A stretch of DNA of 64,000 nucleotides from Callorhinchus milii (lineage: Eukaryota), in contig NW_024704743.1 of NCBI RefSeq assembly GCF_018977255.1, positions 86,926,001 to 86,990,000 of the forward strand. Direction: 5' to 3'. Below the pieces are notes generated by a model. That model made no database searches. It was not told the DNA's origin and saw nothing but the letters and a program-made list of their open reading frames with translations. Each line of letters opens with the position of its first letter. Positions within the stretch are counted from its first letter, which is position 1. Both the position numbers and the translations under genes were made by a program. Shown piece by piece: positions 1 to 14,160 of this stretch.

Positions 1-1329
1 TATGATATTCACAATTTAAATTGATAGAACATCGGTGACCGAGTGAACATGTTCCCAGCTCTAGGTTTTGGGCTCGGTACTTACTGATGGTATGAAAGTC
101 TCTGCTCCCAGCTGGGTTTCAAGGTCTCCTAACTGCAAAATTCAGTTTGGGTGTAAACCACTATTTGGTATGAAATGGTGTTAAAATTCTGACAATTATC
201 CTCACATAAGCCAAACTCTGTGAGAGATGGAGAAACTAATTCACAGAAAGGTGGAGCACTGGGTTAATGTAAGTTGGGGGTGATATTCCTCTTTTACTGT
301 GATTTTCCTAAAAATAAGCACACATCAAAATTGCTAAACTGTACTCAGCAAGACAAAGTCTTACCTATTATTGAGACTGTATCTAGCCACACTGTGGCTA
401 GATACAGACCTGGGATGATTTTGTTAGGCCTTGGTGCCCAAATTGGAAAAAAAAATGAAACCCCCACCCACAGTGGTGACATTCCTCACCTTAATAAGTG
501 CAAAAAAGAAAAGGGCAAAAGAATAGAGAGACAGACAAATAAAAATAAACAACATTAAAATCCTTCTGTTTGTGGTTTTGTGATAGAAAACATCTGTACA
601 TCTTTGAAGGCTACAAGGGACACTGAGTTCCCAAAGGATTAAAGTTCCCGAGATGCTTCTTGCTGATTACGAGCTCACAGTAAAAGTCTTGTCCAACATT
701 TATTTGACCACATGTACCTGGGTCAGGGATAGATGCGGATGGAGTACTGCGCTAGATTTGTGGGGAAAGAACCCACCCCATTTGGGCAAGTGCAATCGAT
801 CACCTTCTGAATTCCAGCAGTTAAAAAGGCAAAATCATTTTTGGCCCAGAAAACAGCTCTGACTGTGTATCATATTCATTCAGCCCAAGCGCAGCATTCC
901 AGGTTTAGCATTTTGCTGTAATTGAATACCTATCCATTAGTCCAATCTGCCTTTTCTCTTTTAAAAGTCAGAGATGGCGCGTGGGGCTGCTCTTTGGAGC
1001 AGAGATGTGCAGAGATGTCCTTCCCAGTGGTTTATCCATATTTGCCACATGGCTAAACAAAAAGGGGAAGCAGGGGTCAGAAATTATTTTGTTTTATGGT
1101 TTTGAAATCCCTGTTGTTTTCAGGTCCAGAGGCAAAGCAGAGATCTGTAGAACAAATTAAAATAAAATTGTATCTGCCCTGGGGCATGTTAAAAAAAGAT
1201 CCAGCTGTCCGAGACATTTTTGTTACAAGTCCTTGATTGAATTGGGATGGAAGGGGGAGATATTGAAATATATTTTTCACAGACCACCTGTGCAAAGCAA
1301 AAAACGGAATAAATTAATCTGAACCTAGC

Positions 1330-1610
1330 TTCCTTAATGGCCTAGTGGATAAAGCTACTTCCAGTGAGGTACTGCGAATACAGACCAGAAAGTCACAGGT
1401 TTGAAATTTCCTACTACAATGAGTGAGTTGATTTCATCTGGGGTAGTGTTAGGAGAGCCTCAATTAGCCTCAACCCCCATGTCTTAGGGAGGAATAGATC
1501 CCACTCCTAATCGCCAATAGTTAATTTTGCTGGAAAGTGTGCTTGGGCAATGATCAGCATGAGATTGGGCTCAGCTATGATGCCCTCTAGTCAAATAGCC
1601 TGCTGATATT
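1330..1610 (+). mobile_element. Old tRNA-headed SINE-like element of a third family (related fragments at ~33380-33590 and 36070-36192)
   Basis: ggcctagtggataaag...cagaccagaaagtcacaggtttgaa head-like region and body caattagcctc...tgctggaaagtgtg...gggctcagctatgatgccc...aatagcctgctga. From memory it resembles an ancient vertebrate SINE consensus; the family name is not verified. Confidence 0.55.
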
Positions 1611-2656
1611 AAGTGGACTCTAACTTCTGTTGAAACTAAACAATGCCATATTTTTCACATCCTATTAAAAAATCCTGTTAAAAAACATGGCAAATCAACC
1701 TGTTACTGTACTTCTTGCAATCGGTACAATACACGGTACTAAGCTCTAAATAACACTAAAGCACTTACAAGTTTAACATTTATTTAACAAACATGTTTTT
1801 GTTTAGTTTGCCCTCAGGCACTCACGTCGCACATTTTAAATTTAAAAAATTGATTTAAGCCTGTAATTTATGTCACTGGGCAAATCATTTAAAACAATCT
1901 GCCCAGCACATGGACCTACTAAAATGCTTAATTTTAATTACTTTACTACAGTTTAAAGCTTTTTTCACCCTGGTTAGCAATACTGCCCTTCTCCCTACGT
2001 GTACTCATACTCCAATCCTGGTCTGAGAAAGAAGGGAAGCAAAGAGTTGTCAGATATCTTTAATGCGTGGAGGACATCTCAAAACGTTTCACATGATTCA
2101 CTGTAAAGTGCAGTGACCATGGACTCTAAGTGAAATACTTTTACTGCCATGCACCCAGTGGCCTGCATCGATCTACCCAGATTCACCCAAAACAAGAAAG
2201 CAAGCTCAAGTGGCAGACGAGGAATGTGGATAATACATAATCAGCTGCTTGAGCTACCAGGTTGTGGGATAAAACCATATTTATTGTTCAAATTAACATT
2301 CATCCAGACCAATTAGCAATGAAGCTTTATGGATTTTACACTTACTTTAGCTGCCCTCACTGCTCTCTGTAGTCTGTCTCATACTATAATTACATTATAC
2401 AATTTAGTGCAGTCATATTATTACTACTGTTTCTGTGTATTCAAACAAAATTATGCGATTGAGAGAGTGTGAACTTAAGACACTCAGCACTGGTCAAGCT
2501 ACTTGTCCTTAAATTGCAAGCACACTGTTGTAATTGTTTAAAGGAGAATGACTGCTGCTTTAGGGATGGATAATAGATTGCTCACTTTCATTCATTGCAT
2601 GTCATGTGCAAGTGGCAAATGATGGTTTTGTGCCAACATGAGAGAGGTAATGATAG

Positions 2657-4165
2657 CAACAACAACAAAATTACATTTGTATAGCGCCTTTCAGGTCGGG
2701 AGGATGTCCCAAGGTGCTGGACAATCATTGTTTCAGACCCAAGCTAGGGGTCCAGATCGGGAGGTGGAGAACAGAGGGGGAAGGAGGCTAACCGAAGGCA
2801 CGATTGAAGAGGAGGGTCTTGAGACGGGTCTTGAAGGAGACAAGGGAAGTGGCAAGGTGGAGGGACTGCAGGAAAGAGTTCTAGAGGGTGGAGAAGAGTG
2901 GCAAAAGGCCCGCCCGCCAATGGTGGGGCGGGTGAGGTGGAGGACATGAAGCAGGCCGGAGCCCGCTGAGTGGAGGGAGCAGACAGGTTGTTAAGCAGTC
3001 AGAAGGTCACAGAGGTAGGGGGGAGCAAGGCCATGGAGGGGTTTGAAAGTAAGGACCAGGATCTTGAACTGTATCCTTTGTGTGATAGGAAGCTAGTGGA
3101 GTCGGGTGAGGATGGGGGTGATAGGGTTGTGGAGCATGGTGTGGAAGAGGACATGGCCTGCAGTGTCCTGGATGATCTGCAACCTATGGAGGAAGGAGTT
3201 GGGGAGGCTGACAAGCAGGGACTTTGCATAGACAATCCTAGATGTCATGACTGCGTGTATGGGGTCTCGGCTGTCTGCGGTGTGAGAGAGTGGCAGAGCC
3301 GAGTGATATTGCGGAGGTAGGGGAAGGCAGAACAGGACATGGCACGGATGTGGGATAGAAAGGATAGTTGAGGGTCAAACAAGACCCCATGGTTCCAGAC
3401 TAGCTTAGTAAGGTGGAGTGTGCATCCCTAGATGGTGATGCTGTCAGTGTCTGAGATGTGGAGGCACTGATGGGAAACAATCAGGAGAGCCTCGGTCTTG
3501 TTGACATTCAACTGAAGAAAGTTAGTTCTCATCCAGGAATTGATGTCTGACAGGACAGCAGTGGTCCTGGAGTTGAGGGTGGAGGCAGAGAGACAGAGTT
3601 GGGTAGCATCCGCATACATGTGGAAATTGACTCCATGACTACGGATGATGTCACCAAGAGAGTACATATAATATTGAAAAGGAGGGGACCAAGGACACAG
3701 TCCTGAGGAACTCTGCACTAGACAGTGCGGAGGCTAGAAAATAAATCATTTGTGGAGATGAAGTGGAGATGGTGTGAGAGGTAGGTTCTGAACCATTTAT
3801 GGACAGAACCATGAAGGTTGAGGTCAGAGGAGAAGCGGTGGAGGAGGATAAAGTGGTCAACCATGTCAAAGGCAGCAGAGCGGTCAAGGAGGACAAGGAG
3901 CCTGAGTCACAGATGGACAAAATGTAATTTGATGGGTAGGGGACGGGGTGTGAGGGGGAGATGGGGAGGGGGTAGTGTTCAGAAGGGCAGAGGCAGCTGA
4001 GCAGATCCCTTCCACTTTGATTTTGAGGAAGTCCAGCATATCCTTGCAGTTGGTGTTGGAGGCGAGGATGGGCGAGGCATGAGAGGGTGGGCGGACGAGC
4101 CGGGTTGGTGATGGAGAAGAGGAGCCTGGGTTGTCCTTGGCCTCCAAGATTGTCTTGGGAGTAGA
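2657..4165 (-). mobile_element. L2-clade LINE, 5'-truncated and degenerate (RT and C-terminal ORF2 remnants, 3' tail)
   Basis: ORF 3428-3718(-) LGDIIRSHGVNFHMYADATQL...WMRTNFLQLNVNKTE contains a mutated RT YADD motif. The 3' end reads ...cgacctgaaaggcgctatacaaatg...(gtt)n on the minus strand. Frameshifts and an internal deletion are present. Confidence 0.9.
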
Positions 4166-5039
4166 TAAAAATGATAGCCCTTTATTGAGTGACTCCAAAC
4201 ACTTGAGTTGAATCATTTTATTTTCAATTGTATGTCAATAACAGTGGGATATCACTCAAAATAGAGACATGTGACACATTTCACAGGTAATATTATGATG
4301 AAATTAATTTCAGTTCATAGAAAACTGCAACTAAAAGGCTGCTTATAGTTTGGATTCTTCTAAACCTAAAGCGATCCCAAGAACTTCTTAGGCATGATAA
4401 TTGCTCTGTTAGAACCTCTAGATCCCTTTTGATTAAATAAAACCCAAAATATTTATTAACTGGATCATTAAATTTTGCGACTTATAGGGTGCAATATTAC
4501 ACACACAAACTGCACATTGCTTAGCGTTCCACCACAATAGACCTTAATAAACCACAGATAAATATCTCTGTCATCTTCAAGGAAGGTAAGGTAAGTTGCT
4601 CTTATGCCAATTTATTCAGTTTCTGTGACTAGGGGAAGGAAGCTAGATTTATATGCTGTGTTCACATTGGCTTTTGCAGGGGGATGGTGGTGGAGAACTC
4701 GGTGCATGTGCAACAAAGGGGATGTGTGGTTAAAATTATATTAAGAGTTGGTTACTTAAGTTCACCAAATGACTTCTAAGGAACCACTCTTAGTGTTGGT
4801 TGAATTGATCGGGGTCACATGAATTTATACTCCAGCGGTAAGAACTGATGGTGGTCTCAGCAGGTGGGCTCCAGCAGAATTGCTTTTTGGTTAGGCATCT
4901 CACACCAGATTTATTCTGCTTTTTCATGGTAATTCAGTGTGGTGTTCACTGGAAATTGCCTCAGAAAATTCAGTATCAACTTGGTATTAAATCCCATGCA
5001 TAAGTCATTCCTTATCACAGGCTTTTCTGACCGACAAAT

Positions 5040-5451
5040 ATAATAATTATCCTTGCATTTGATATAGCGGCTTTCAAGTCAGGAGGAAGTCTCGAAGTAC
5101 TTCACAGGATTTTATGTAAAGTATAGTAATTGTATATTTTGTAGGCGAATTTGTCATCAGTGTCCCATAAACAGCTATGAAGTGAATGGTCAGTTTTATC
5201 CGGGGACTGTTGGCCAGGACATCAGATTAAACTCTTTTTGAATTGTGCCATGGGATCTTTAATATCCAAATGAACAGGCAAATGGAACCTCAGTTTTACC
5301 TCTCATCTAAAGGATAGCACCTCTAACAATGGAACGCTCCCGTGATTATTGAAGCGTCAGTATAGATTGAGTTCAAAGTCTGAATGTGGACCTTGAACCC
5401 ACAAACTTTGGATTCAGAGGCAAGAGTGCTACCAATTGAGCCAAGCTGACA
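5040..5451 (-). mobile_element. tRNA-headed Deu-domain SINE (SacSINE1/AmnSINE1-like), near full length
   Basis: Minus-strand head tgtcagcttggctcaattggtagcactcttgcctctgaatc...gggttcaag (A/B boxes), Deu-like core agaggtgctatcctttagatgag...aagatcccatggcacaattc, and tail ...atatcaaatgcaagg(ata/att)n. Confidence 0.8.
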
Positions 5452-8400
5452 ACTGCAAATATTAATGGAAACTTGTCATATACGCTTCACAAAGGTAATG
5501 CATATTACTGAGCAAGGAGAAGGGAGGGGAAATGTGACCAAAGGAATGGTCAAAGTGATACATTTTTAAAGGGAGTTTTAACAAGGAAAGAAATCACAAG
5601 GCAACAGGATTTTGAAGAAAGAATTCCAACAAAAGTCAAGTTGTTGGTTTCAATGGGTTGATCTTTTATCCATCAGTTTCATGTTTTTTTATAACAGTGC
5701 AAATAGTCTACCAGATTTCATAGTAGTAGTAATATATGATAATTATTCTATCACTCAGATAACAGATGTTAGGTGCATAATCAAATAAAATTTTCCATAT
5801 TTTAGACAGAAGCTGCCAAAATGTTTGCCAATTATTAATCCAAGTCTTCCACAACACTAAAAAAAATTCTGCAACTCAGGAGTGCCTTATCACGTCTTCA
5901 AGATGTCTCAAAGCGCTTCACAGAAGATAGTATGAAGTGAATTGACTGTATATTTTGTGCGCAAAAACATCTTCACAATGGAGATTTACAACAATTTGTA
6001 TAGCATTTTTCACATCAATAAGAAGTCTTAAAGCGCTTCGCACAGCCAGTGGGAACCTGAGCTGTGTGTGTGTGGGATGGGGGGGGTGAGGGTGGCAAAA
6101 GCAAGTGACAAGAGCAAGTTGAAAACATAGATCATAAGGTGGGTTTTCTAAGTGTGGTGGGAGGGCATGAGGCAGAGAACAGGGAATTATTACCTGCTGT
6201 TGTTATTCTGAAGTAAATGGGGATGGGGGTAGGAGTAGTTTTAGATCTTCTTGAACAGTTACACCACAAATAGTATAAGTTAAATACTCCTCTGAAGTTC
6301 GATACATTTGCCACTGAGGGTTGCAAGTTTTCAAGCCTGGGGGTTGATAGTCACCAAAAGGCCCTTCAGTACACATGGGGTTAATAATTGCTTCACATCA
6401 AAGGATTCTCATCAGAATTTGCAGTTCATTCCTCTTCTTTTTCAGTAACTATGCATTTCCAAGTCTGTGATATTGGCCGTTGAAGCTCTGGTAAAGTAAC
6501 GTGTGTGGTGAATGTGTAAAGTTGACAGATGGCTTGTGCATTTGTGGTGCATTTGATTGACTGGAAGAATAGGAAAGGATGACCACAAGATTTCAGCCAT
6601 CCCAAACACTTCAATGGCAGACAGCAGTTTGCACGGATGGTATACGACACAACACGAGTCGTATTGAATTGTATGGCTGATGGATCATATTTTTAATTAG
6701 TTTCTTTTTGCTTAAGCAGATATAAGCATTGAGGCTGAGTACTAAGTAAAGAAAGGCAAACGAAAATGTCACTGAAATGACAGAAGTTGAGGAAATCTAT
6801 TTTCTTGAAATGTATATCCACTCCACCCTATAGGTCTCATTGAATTGAAGCAGATCTACACGTATTTTCTTTCTTTTCTACATGAAATTGATCTGTAGTG
6901 GACACGAAGATGCGTTAATATCAAATTTAATTTGTTATGCATTTTCGTGACAAATTAATTCAAATATAAATACTCCAAACCTTTTAAGCTATTTTAAACT
7001 GTCCGTTGGTGGGTATAAAATAGCATTTGGCACAAAAGGTTATTTCTGTATTACAGCCCACTTTGTATGGAATTCTTCTTAATATAATTAATGTTTAGAA
7101 ATTTTGTAAAATCAATTGATTTAATGCAAATGCACTGTATTACTGCTCAGTATGCACCGTGAAATACTCTGTGGGACTTTAACATTGTCAGATCTATGGC
7201 ATCAGCAGGCACTGTAGTGGGTTAAACACTTCTAATGGGGTAAAATGTGGGGTCTGCAGACATAAAGCAGAGCCAAGTGGATTGAAGCTAAATCAACCTG
7301 ATTGTAATTGCCATTCCATTGAATCTTCCTGGCTTCCTGAAGCCCAATTCTATGAAGGTGTTTTTTATATCTCGCAGGTTTGCTTTAATCAAATCCATTT
7401 GAAATACTTGAGGGCCAAATACCACCTGAGACAGCCCAAGGAATTTATGTAAGACCTTATTGAGATGCACCAAAAATAATGATTTAGATACTCTTATTGT
7501 TCAGCTTATTTGCCCAAGTGCCCTGTAGATGATCCGAACCGAATGGCATCTCCTGGGGTTTATACTTACGTCTGCCTTAATTCACTTCATGTTTTAAATT
7601 ACCAGTTCAATATGCATGAACTGAGCACTCCCTTCCCATGGGGAAGGGCAAGAGATCTGCAGCAGGTGTTCGTACCAGCCCGACATAAATGTGCTGTTTT
7701 GCAGCCCAGTTGACTCGGATGTCAAGCGGTAGTTTTCATTTTGAATTGCAAATGGAACAAAAGCCTTGGTTCGGTTTAGCATTATTAATTTCTGTCAATT
7801 TGGGATTTAATTTTCCATCCATTCCTCACATGTTCTGCGCAGTTGCTCAGCCGCAAGGTGTTTGACAGTAATCACTGTGGGCTGCTTGAGAGGCGGTCTG
7901 ACTTAACCCGGGCGGATCTTTGAGAAAATCTTTGCTCGCCTCCTTGTCCCTAAAAGCCCTTATTTAGAACATCAACTTACCAACTATGGAACTACCAGCA
8001 TAATCCAACAGCCACCAATGTCTGCAGCACATAGCACATCATCTGCTTGATCCGAAATGTGCAAGACACGCAGCTTTGATACTGCGGTATAAATGAGGCT
8101 ACTGTGACACTGGGTGCCTGGTAACTCTACTTCACAAACAGGAAGCAGGTTCAAATTTCACACAAAAGCGATCTTATCCGAGTTAGACATTAACACAATT
8201 TTGGAGGTTTTTTTTCTGTTGAACTTAATACAGTATTTGGTCTGATGCCCACCTCCTTGGTACAATGTGCTACCAAATTCCGAATGCCATCATTGAGGTT
8301 CAAATTCAAACTGCCTCCTTGACATGGCAACGCGACAGAGCCAACTTAACCTTTTTTTTTCTTGTGGAAATGGGAGGACTTCCTGGAGTTTGACAAGAGT

Positions 8401-9769
8401 CTATTTATATTTAATGTTTGAATCAGATAATTGCGAAGTCACTTTCACCAGTGATAAATATTAAGTGCAAACAAATCTTTAATTTTTAACACTCATTATC
8501 TTCCCAAACACAAATGGGAGAAAGGTTGAACGTTTGCTATCAGCTCCTTAACACACAGTGTAAGCCAGGCCCGTAATCTCCACAACAACAGCGGAGAGCT
8601 TATTTTAGCACCATCAGGCTAGTTTACCTCAATAATATCTTCTCTTTTCCCCTGAACTCAATAACTGCCAAAGATACAGTCTGCTCTTGGCTCTTTAGAT
8701 AGGTCTTTTCTTCCTTGAGGAGATCGAGGGAGCTCACGGTTCAGCTCTGATAGCAATGCCACAAATTATCAGCAGGATGCGTACAGCAAAGTCCGGATCA
8801 AAAACACAGCCTGTTCTGCAGCTGTTAATTAGAACTGAGGTAATTGATTCTGACAGAACAAAGCAGCAGATCGCTAAAAGCATGTAAATCATTTTGTTCC
8901 CACCTATGAGATTCATAGTCTGCCAGCCAGCAGTGGATGTGACAGCACCAGCCTTCTGATGCAATGTTGCACCTGAGCACAACCCAGATCTGACAGTGCT
9001 AACTATAGGACGCCAACTGCTCCCCTTCTGATCAGCTGGCAGGTGCTCTTTTTGTGGCTTGCAGCTGGGCAAGTATCTGAACAGTCACTAAAGTATCTGA
9101 CTCCCACATTCTGGATACCAAAGGTCTCATGATAGCATCAAGCTGTAGTGAAGTGAATCTTTCCTGGTGATGAGTCAAAGCAGTCCTCGAGCTGTTTTTT
9201 AAAGAGCGGTTTAATTATTTTTAGGGGGAGGTTGTATCTGTTTTTCACCTGGGAAAATATAAGGATATGGAAGATAAATGAAACATGGAGCAAAAGCATT
9301 TAGCTCATTAAACCTGCTCCTTCCACACACCATGCAAATCCTAAATATTCAAGGACTTTATCCCAATCTATTCAATCTCCTGTGTGAAAGTTCTACATAG
9401 ATACTCCCTAATTCCTAAAGGGAATCAAATATAAACTCAAAAATTCTCATCGAACCCTCTACTTCCATTCCTCACCCCTGGCCAGCTACCTCTGAATGTG
9501 GGGTTTTGGATACTGTGACAAAAAAAAATCCAATAACTTAGAGATCCCTCAAAGGCTTCAATGAAGTCAAAGGCCTACTCAGTAAGACTGGCACAGTACA
9601 TTCTATTGAGATGTTAAATTAAGCATGTTAATAATACTAAATAATAATCCTTGCATTTGATACAGTGCCTCATCACGACTTCGAGATGTCACAAAGCGCT
9701 TCACAGAATATACAGTAAAGTGGAGTGAATGTTTTGTGGGCAAAACACAAAATAATACAGTAATATCTT

Positions 9770-9996
9770 TGGAGGCATTTCTTCCTACAGAGGGTGTGAA
9801 GATGGGGAATACTCTGCCCCATGAAGCTCCAGAGGCAGAATCAATAGGGATGTTTAAAAGATAGATAGCTGGACAGTAGAGGTATTAAGATCAATGGGAA
9901 AAGAGTAGGACTCTGAAATTAAACAATCTGCCAAAATCTAATAAACTGTTGGAACTGAATGGTTTCCTCCTGATCCTGTTTTTCCCTATGTTCCTT
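9770..9996 (+). mobile_element. CR1 LINE 3' end
   Basis: catttcttcctacagagggtg...ggaatactctgccc...gaggcag...tttaaaag and terminal gaatggtttcctcctgatcctg...ctatgttcct are CR1-type 3' features. Confidence 0.7.
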
Positions 9997-10329
9997 TGAT
10001 AACAGTCCCGTTGTATATGACATTTCTTAGTAGATTAGCCAGGCTACTGGTCTGTAATGGTTGAACAAATAACTGAAGATGCTAATGGTACTGCTTTGTG
10101 TATAAGAGACCTAGAACTGAAAGTCGGCAGCTTTCTCAAGTTAGTCTATTGACAGGTGGCTCCTGGAGGAACCTTAATGTATTGAAATCTTCAACATTGC
10201 ACACTACTGCCAAAACAGTTTGTTACAGAGGTGGGGAAAAGCTGAGTGGGTAAAAGCATGGTTGTAAAGGTTTAAAGTGCAGTTTGGGCATCAACGTTCT
10301 GCTTCAACTCCACAAAGTGAAGTATGCAT

Positions 10330-10540
10330 CATGCAGGGTGATATTGTCAGTACCTGAGATGAGAAGGCACTGATCAGAAGCATATAGAAGAGAAGAGCCT
10401 GGGTCCTATCTATGTTTACTTAAGAAAGTTGGAGCTCATGCAGGACTTGACATCTGACAGGCAATCTGTCAGAACATCAGTAGTCCTACATTCAAGGGTA
10501 GAGCAGACAGAGTTGGGTGTCATCTGCACACAAGTATGAA
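10330..10540 (-). mobile_element. L2 LINE RT-region fragment
   Basis: gaaagttggagctcatgcaggacttgacatctgacagg...gagttgggtgtcatctgcac is homologous to 3510-3620 (ADDTQL region). Confidence 0.7.
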
Positions 10541-13500
10541 TAATCATCACAGTGCTACTCCCACTCTCAACACTCAAGAAAAAAACATTGTTCACCATTC
10601 ACCACTGAAGCAGAATGCTTGCAGCTAATATGCCCACGATTACAGGATAAAAGATTTTAATGAGAGAATATGGTATATTTTGCTAGTCATCTGAAAAAGA
10701 GTGTGGCACAACAGGAATGTTGATTTACTTAAAAGATTACATAAAATATTGCAACTACAATATCTACACATCTAAAATTGTTTTACAGGAAACTGTAGTC
10801 ATGTGTAGTGATATGCATTTGTAGGCAAACGCAACAGTTAATTTGCACACAGCTGGTTCCATAAAACAGCCATGAAGTGCATAATCTGCTTATCTGGAGA
10901 TACATTGGCATTTTCTCTACCTAGGGAAACCTTTCATGAGGGGAGGACAGCAACAGCTCACCTCCAAAAAGCTTCCCACCTGCCAACTGATCTTAGAATG
11001 GCATTGTGTATGCAGGTATCCGGGACTTGTCGGTTGGATATGGAAGCCTTGAAAGTCCTTTATTCGTTCCTAATTGCATTCACAGTTGGCAAACAGAAAC
11101 TAGGCAACAATTCCTAGATCGGAGGATACCCATTATCAATGGAATCTGACTTCTGGCCCCTTCAAATGCTGAGAACATCTGACCAGCATATACATGTTGC
11201 TTTTTTTGGTCAGCTGGATTTCTGACACATGCAGGAACCAATCAACTTGCTCAAGACCATCCAAACCAGATCAAGAGTTTCATTCATGCCACCTACACAT
11301 GGAAATTCCCCTGTCTAGAATAGAAAATGCACTCTCTCCCTGGAGGGATGCACCCTGTTTACCTAATTCCAGACAGTATTAGGTGCCGGTTGGCAAGAGC
11401 CAAGGCTTGTAGAGTGTGTTTTCAGGTGCTACTGGAATCTAACGCACTAAAACTGCATAGCTTGCTGTTGAAAGCACATCTGACAAGCTTCCTCGCTGCT
11501 TGTCCAGTAGGACCACCCTACTCTTCAGAGCTTTGGCTTGCAGGGTTAGCAGGAGCTGAGTGGGAAGAGTCTCTGCCCTCAGACTGGCTTGCTGCTCCAA
11601 ATCCTGCCAATGAGCCATACTAGTTGGTCTGTCATCAGCAGTGCCCTGGAATACTGCAGACCTTCTTGGCTAAGAAGCCCAAGTACAAAGATCACAAAGG
11701 TTTGTTCCCCCCCCCCACCCCCCCGTTGCTTTTCCTGCAGTGGGTCTTGACGACTAAGCCAAATTTAAATAAAAATACAAGGGAAGGCATCAGAAAAGTA
11801 AAAATTAAAACAAGAAATGAAAATCCACATTGCGAAGTATGATACAAACAAATTGTAAGTTATAAATGATAATAATAATAATCCTTGCATTTGATATAGC
11901 ACTTTTCACATCTTCTAGACATCTCAAAGCACTTCACAGAATAGACTGTAAAGTGAATTGACTGTATTTTTTGTGTGGGCGAAATGCAGCTGCCAATATA
12001 ATATAATACGATGAGGGTTTTAAAACAATTGTATGTGCAACAACAATTTATATTTATATTTATAAAATGCCCTTCATTGAAGCTGGGAGGAGGTCTCAGA
12101 ACACTTCACACAACTGACTGATGTGTAATTCAGAGGTCATAAGGGAAAGATTAGAATAGACACCAGGAAGTATTTCTTCACCAACAGGTGGATCAGGTGA
12201 CATTATGATTTAGTGACATTATAATTACTGGAAGCCAGTACCCAAAGAGCACAGGCCCAACGTTCTCTCATCCTATCAATGAAGTGCCCTCTGCCTCCAC
12301 TCAGCAAGTCTTCTATTATCCCAAAGAACAACAAGGAATCCACTGTCAAACATAACCAGAAGTCTGCAACATTTAGTAAAGACAAAACGGCTTAACTTGC
12401 AGGTTGGGTTAACAACCCATGTACAAGAATAATGCACACAGATTAACCACATGCAAATGCAAGTGCACAGGAGAATTAAAAGGTACTTGTAATAATGTAA
12501 TGAACAACCAATAAAAAGGATCACAATTGTTTATAGAATCCTTTAAATTGGCTGCTAATTTCATAATTAAGTGTGCACTTGTATGTGTTTGCACATGGTT
12601 AACCCGACCTGCAAATTTTGTATTTGCGTTGTTAACCTAACCCACAATTTAGACTCATGTAAACAAGAGTCAATCTCTTAAGTTGGAGGCTCTTACCCAT
12701 TGCTCTCTGATGCACACACACTGAAATGTTCAAGATCACAGCATAAAATGGAATCAAGTGTCAGGAAAGGGAAGTCTAAAAAAAAGTGTAGATTTCCAGT
12801 TAAAGACGCATTATCTGTTCTCTTGCCTGTGTGTCAAGCCATGATAAATTAATTTCCTAATAACCGAAGGCTTAACAACTAACATATTTATATAGCACAG
12901 CCACTAGTGTAATGCTACTTCATTTGTCAGCTCGCAATGTTACAAAATAGTGTCAGCTTTAGGATCTCTTTAGTCACATAACATGCACCTCACCAACACA
13001 AGAGTTTACTTGGAAAATAAAGCATTCATGGAAGGTAAGATGGGAGGAATCTATATTTCATGTGTGCTGGCCAACAAAACCTCTGGTAAAATTGGTCATG
13101 ATTCACTTCATGGCTGTTTGTGGCTCATTGCTGCATGCAACTTGTTAGATTAGATTGTATTATTTTGCTACACAATAAAGAAAATGAGCCTATGGCATAA
13201 TTAGACCGTTCCATACATAGCAACTCCATAATACCACAGAGATCAATATCTCAGGCTCTGCCCTACTGTATACACAAAGTGAAAAAGGCCAAATTCTAGA
13301 TCAATTCACAGTGGCACATACATCCTAAACTCTGGAAAAATAAAGAGGTAAGGATTATGAGATTTGCAAAGGATTTACAAATAGTAGATCTGCCTGTTAG
13401 ATGAGTCTCCACTTGGATAGCAGTCCATTTTGACTTCCAAACTGTGCCCTTGTCGGACAGATTTGATAGATCAACTTTCTAGCAGACTTCCATAGTCACT

Positions 13501-13759
13501 ATTTACAAATCTTGAGAATTAGACCTGAAAGCAAATGTTGTGACCTAGAAGAAAACCAAAAGGGATGATTCTCTACAGGTCAATCGTTTCACTGGCTTCA
13601 CAAGTATGAAGTTACAATGGGGAAAATAAAATCACATTATAAATTCAGACCTCCAAAGTAGACAATTTTAACAATGACCAAAGAACAATTTCAGGAGCCC
13701 GAAACTCCCCTAATTCATGAGGTTTGAAATTTTTTCCCGTGTCCCTCTCGTAACCATTT

Positions 13760-14160
13760 TTTGCGGCCTTGACTGCTAACTCCATGCCTACCAGACTTCT
13801 CAACAGTTCCCTCCACAAACTGCAAATTATTCAGCTTTGCATCTTATGTCCTCTCCCACACCAAGCTCCATGAGCCTATCACCTCCGCCCTTGCCCTGGT
13901 CCATTGGTTCCCCATCCCCCAGAGAACCGAGATTAAGATCCTTATCCTCAATTTTTATTGTCTTGCTCCTCCCCTACTTTTGCGACCTGATGAAACCTTA
14001 CCAACCTTCCCGCTCCCTGTGCTCAGCGGGCACTGGCTTTCTGCCCCCACCCTTTGGAACTCAATCCACCTCGCCCCTTCCCTTTGTCTCCTTCAAAGCC
14101 CATCTCAAGATCTTTGTCTTTGACCATGCCTTTGGTCATCCTCCCACCCCCACCTCTTTG
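13760..14160 (+). mobile_element. L2 LINE 3' fragment
   Basis: cttgactgctaactcc...ctccacaaactgcaaattattcag...ccattggttccccatc...cttcaaagcccatctcaag matches the reverse complement of the 26.3-27.0 kb copy. Confidence 0.8.

Noticed and set aside
7378..7448. Plus-strand exon-like segment (tctcgcag|...|gtaaga)
   Set aside because: Splice-like signals alone are common by chance and the peptide is unrecognisable; it could only be supported as an antisense transcript by RNA-seq.
8625..8735. Possible exon 2 (minus-strand SLDLLKEEK... frame)
   Set aside because: No AG acceptor or polypyrimidine tract at the required phase-1 position.
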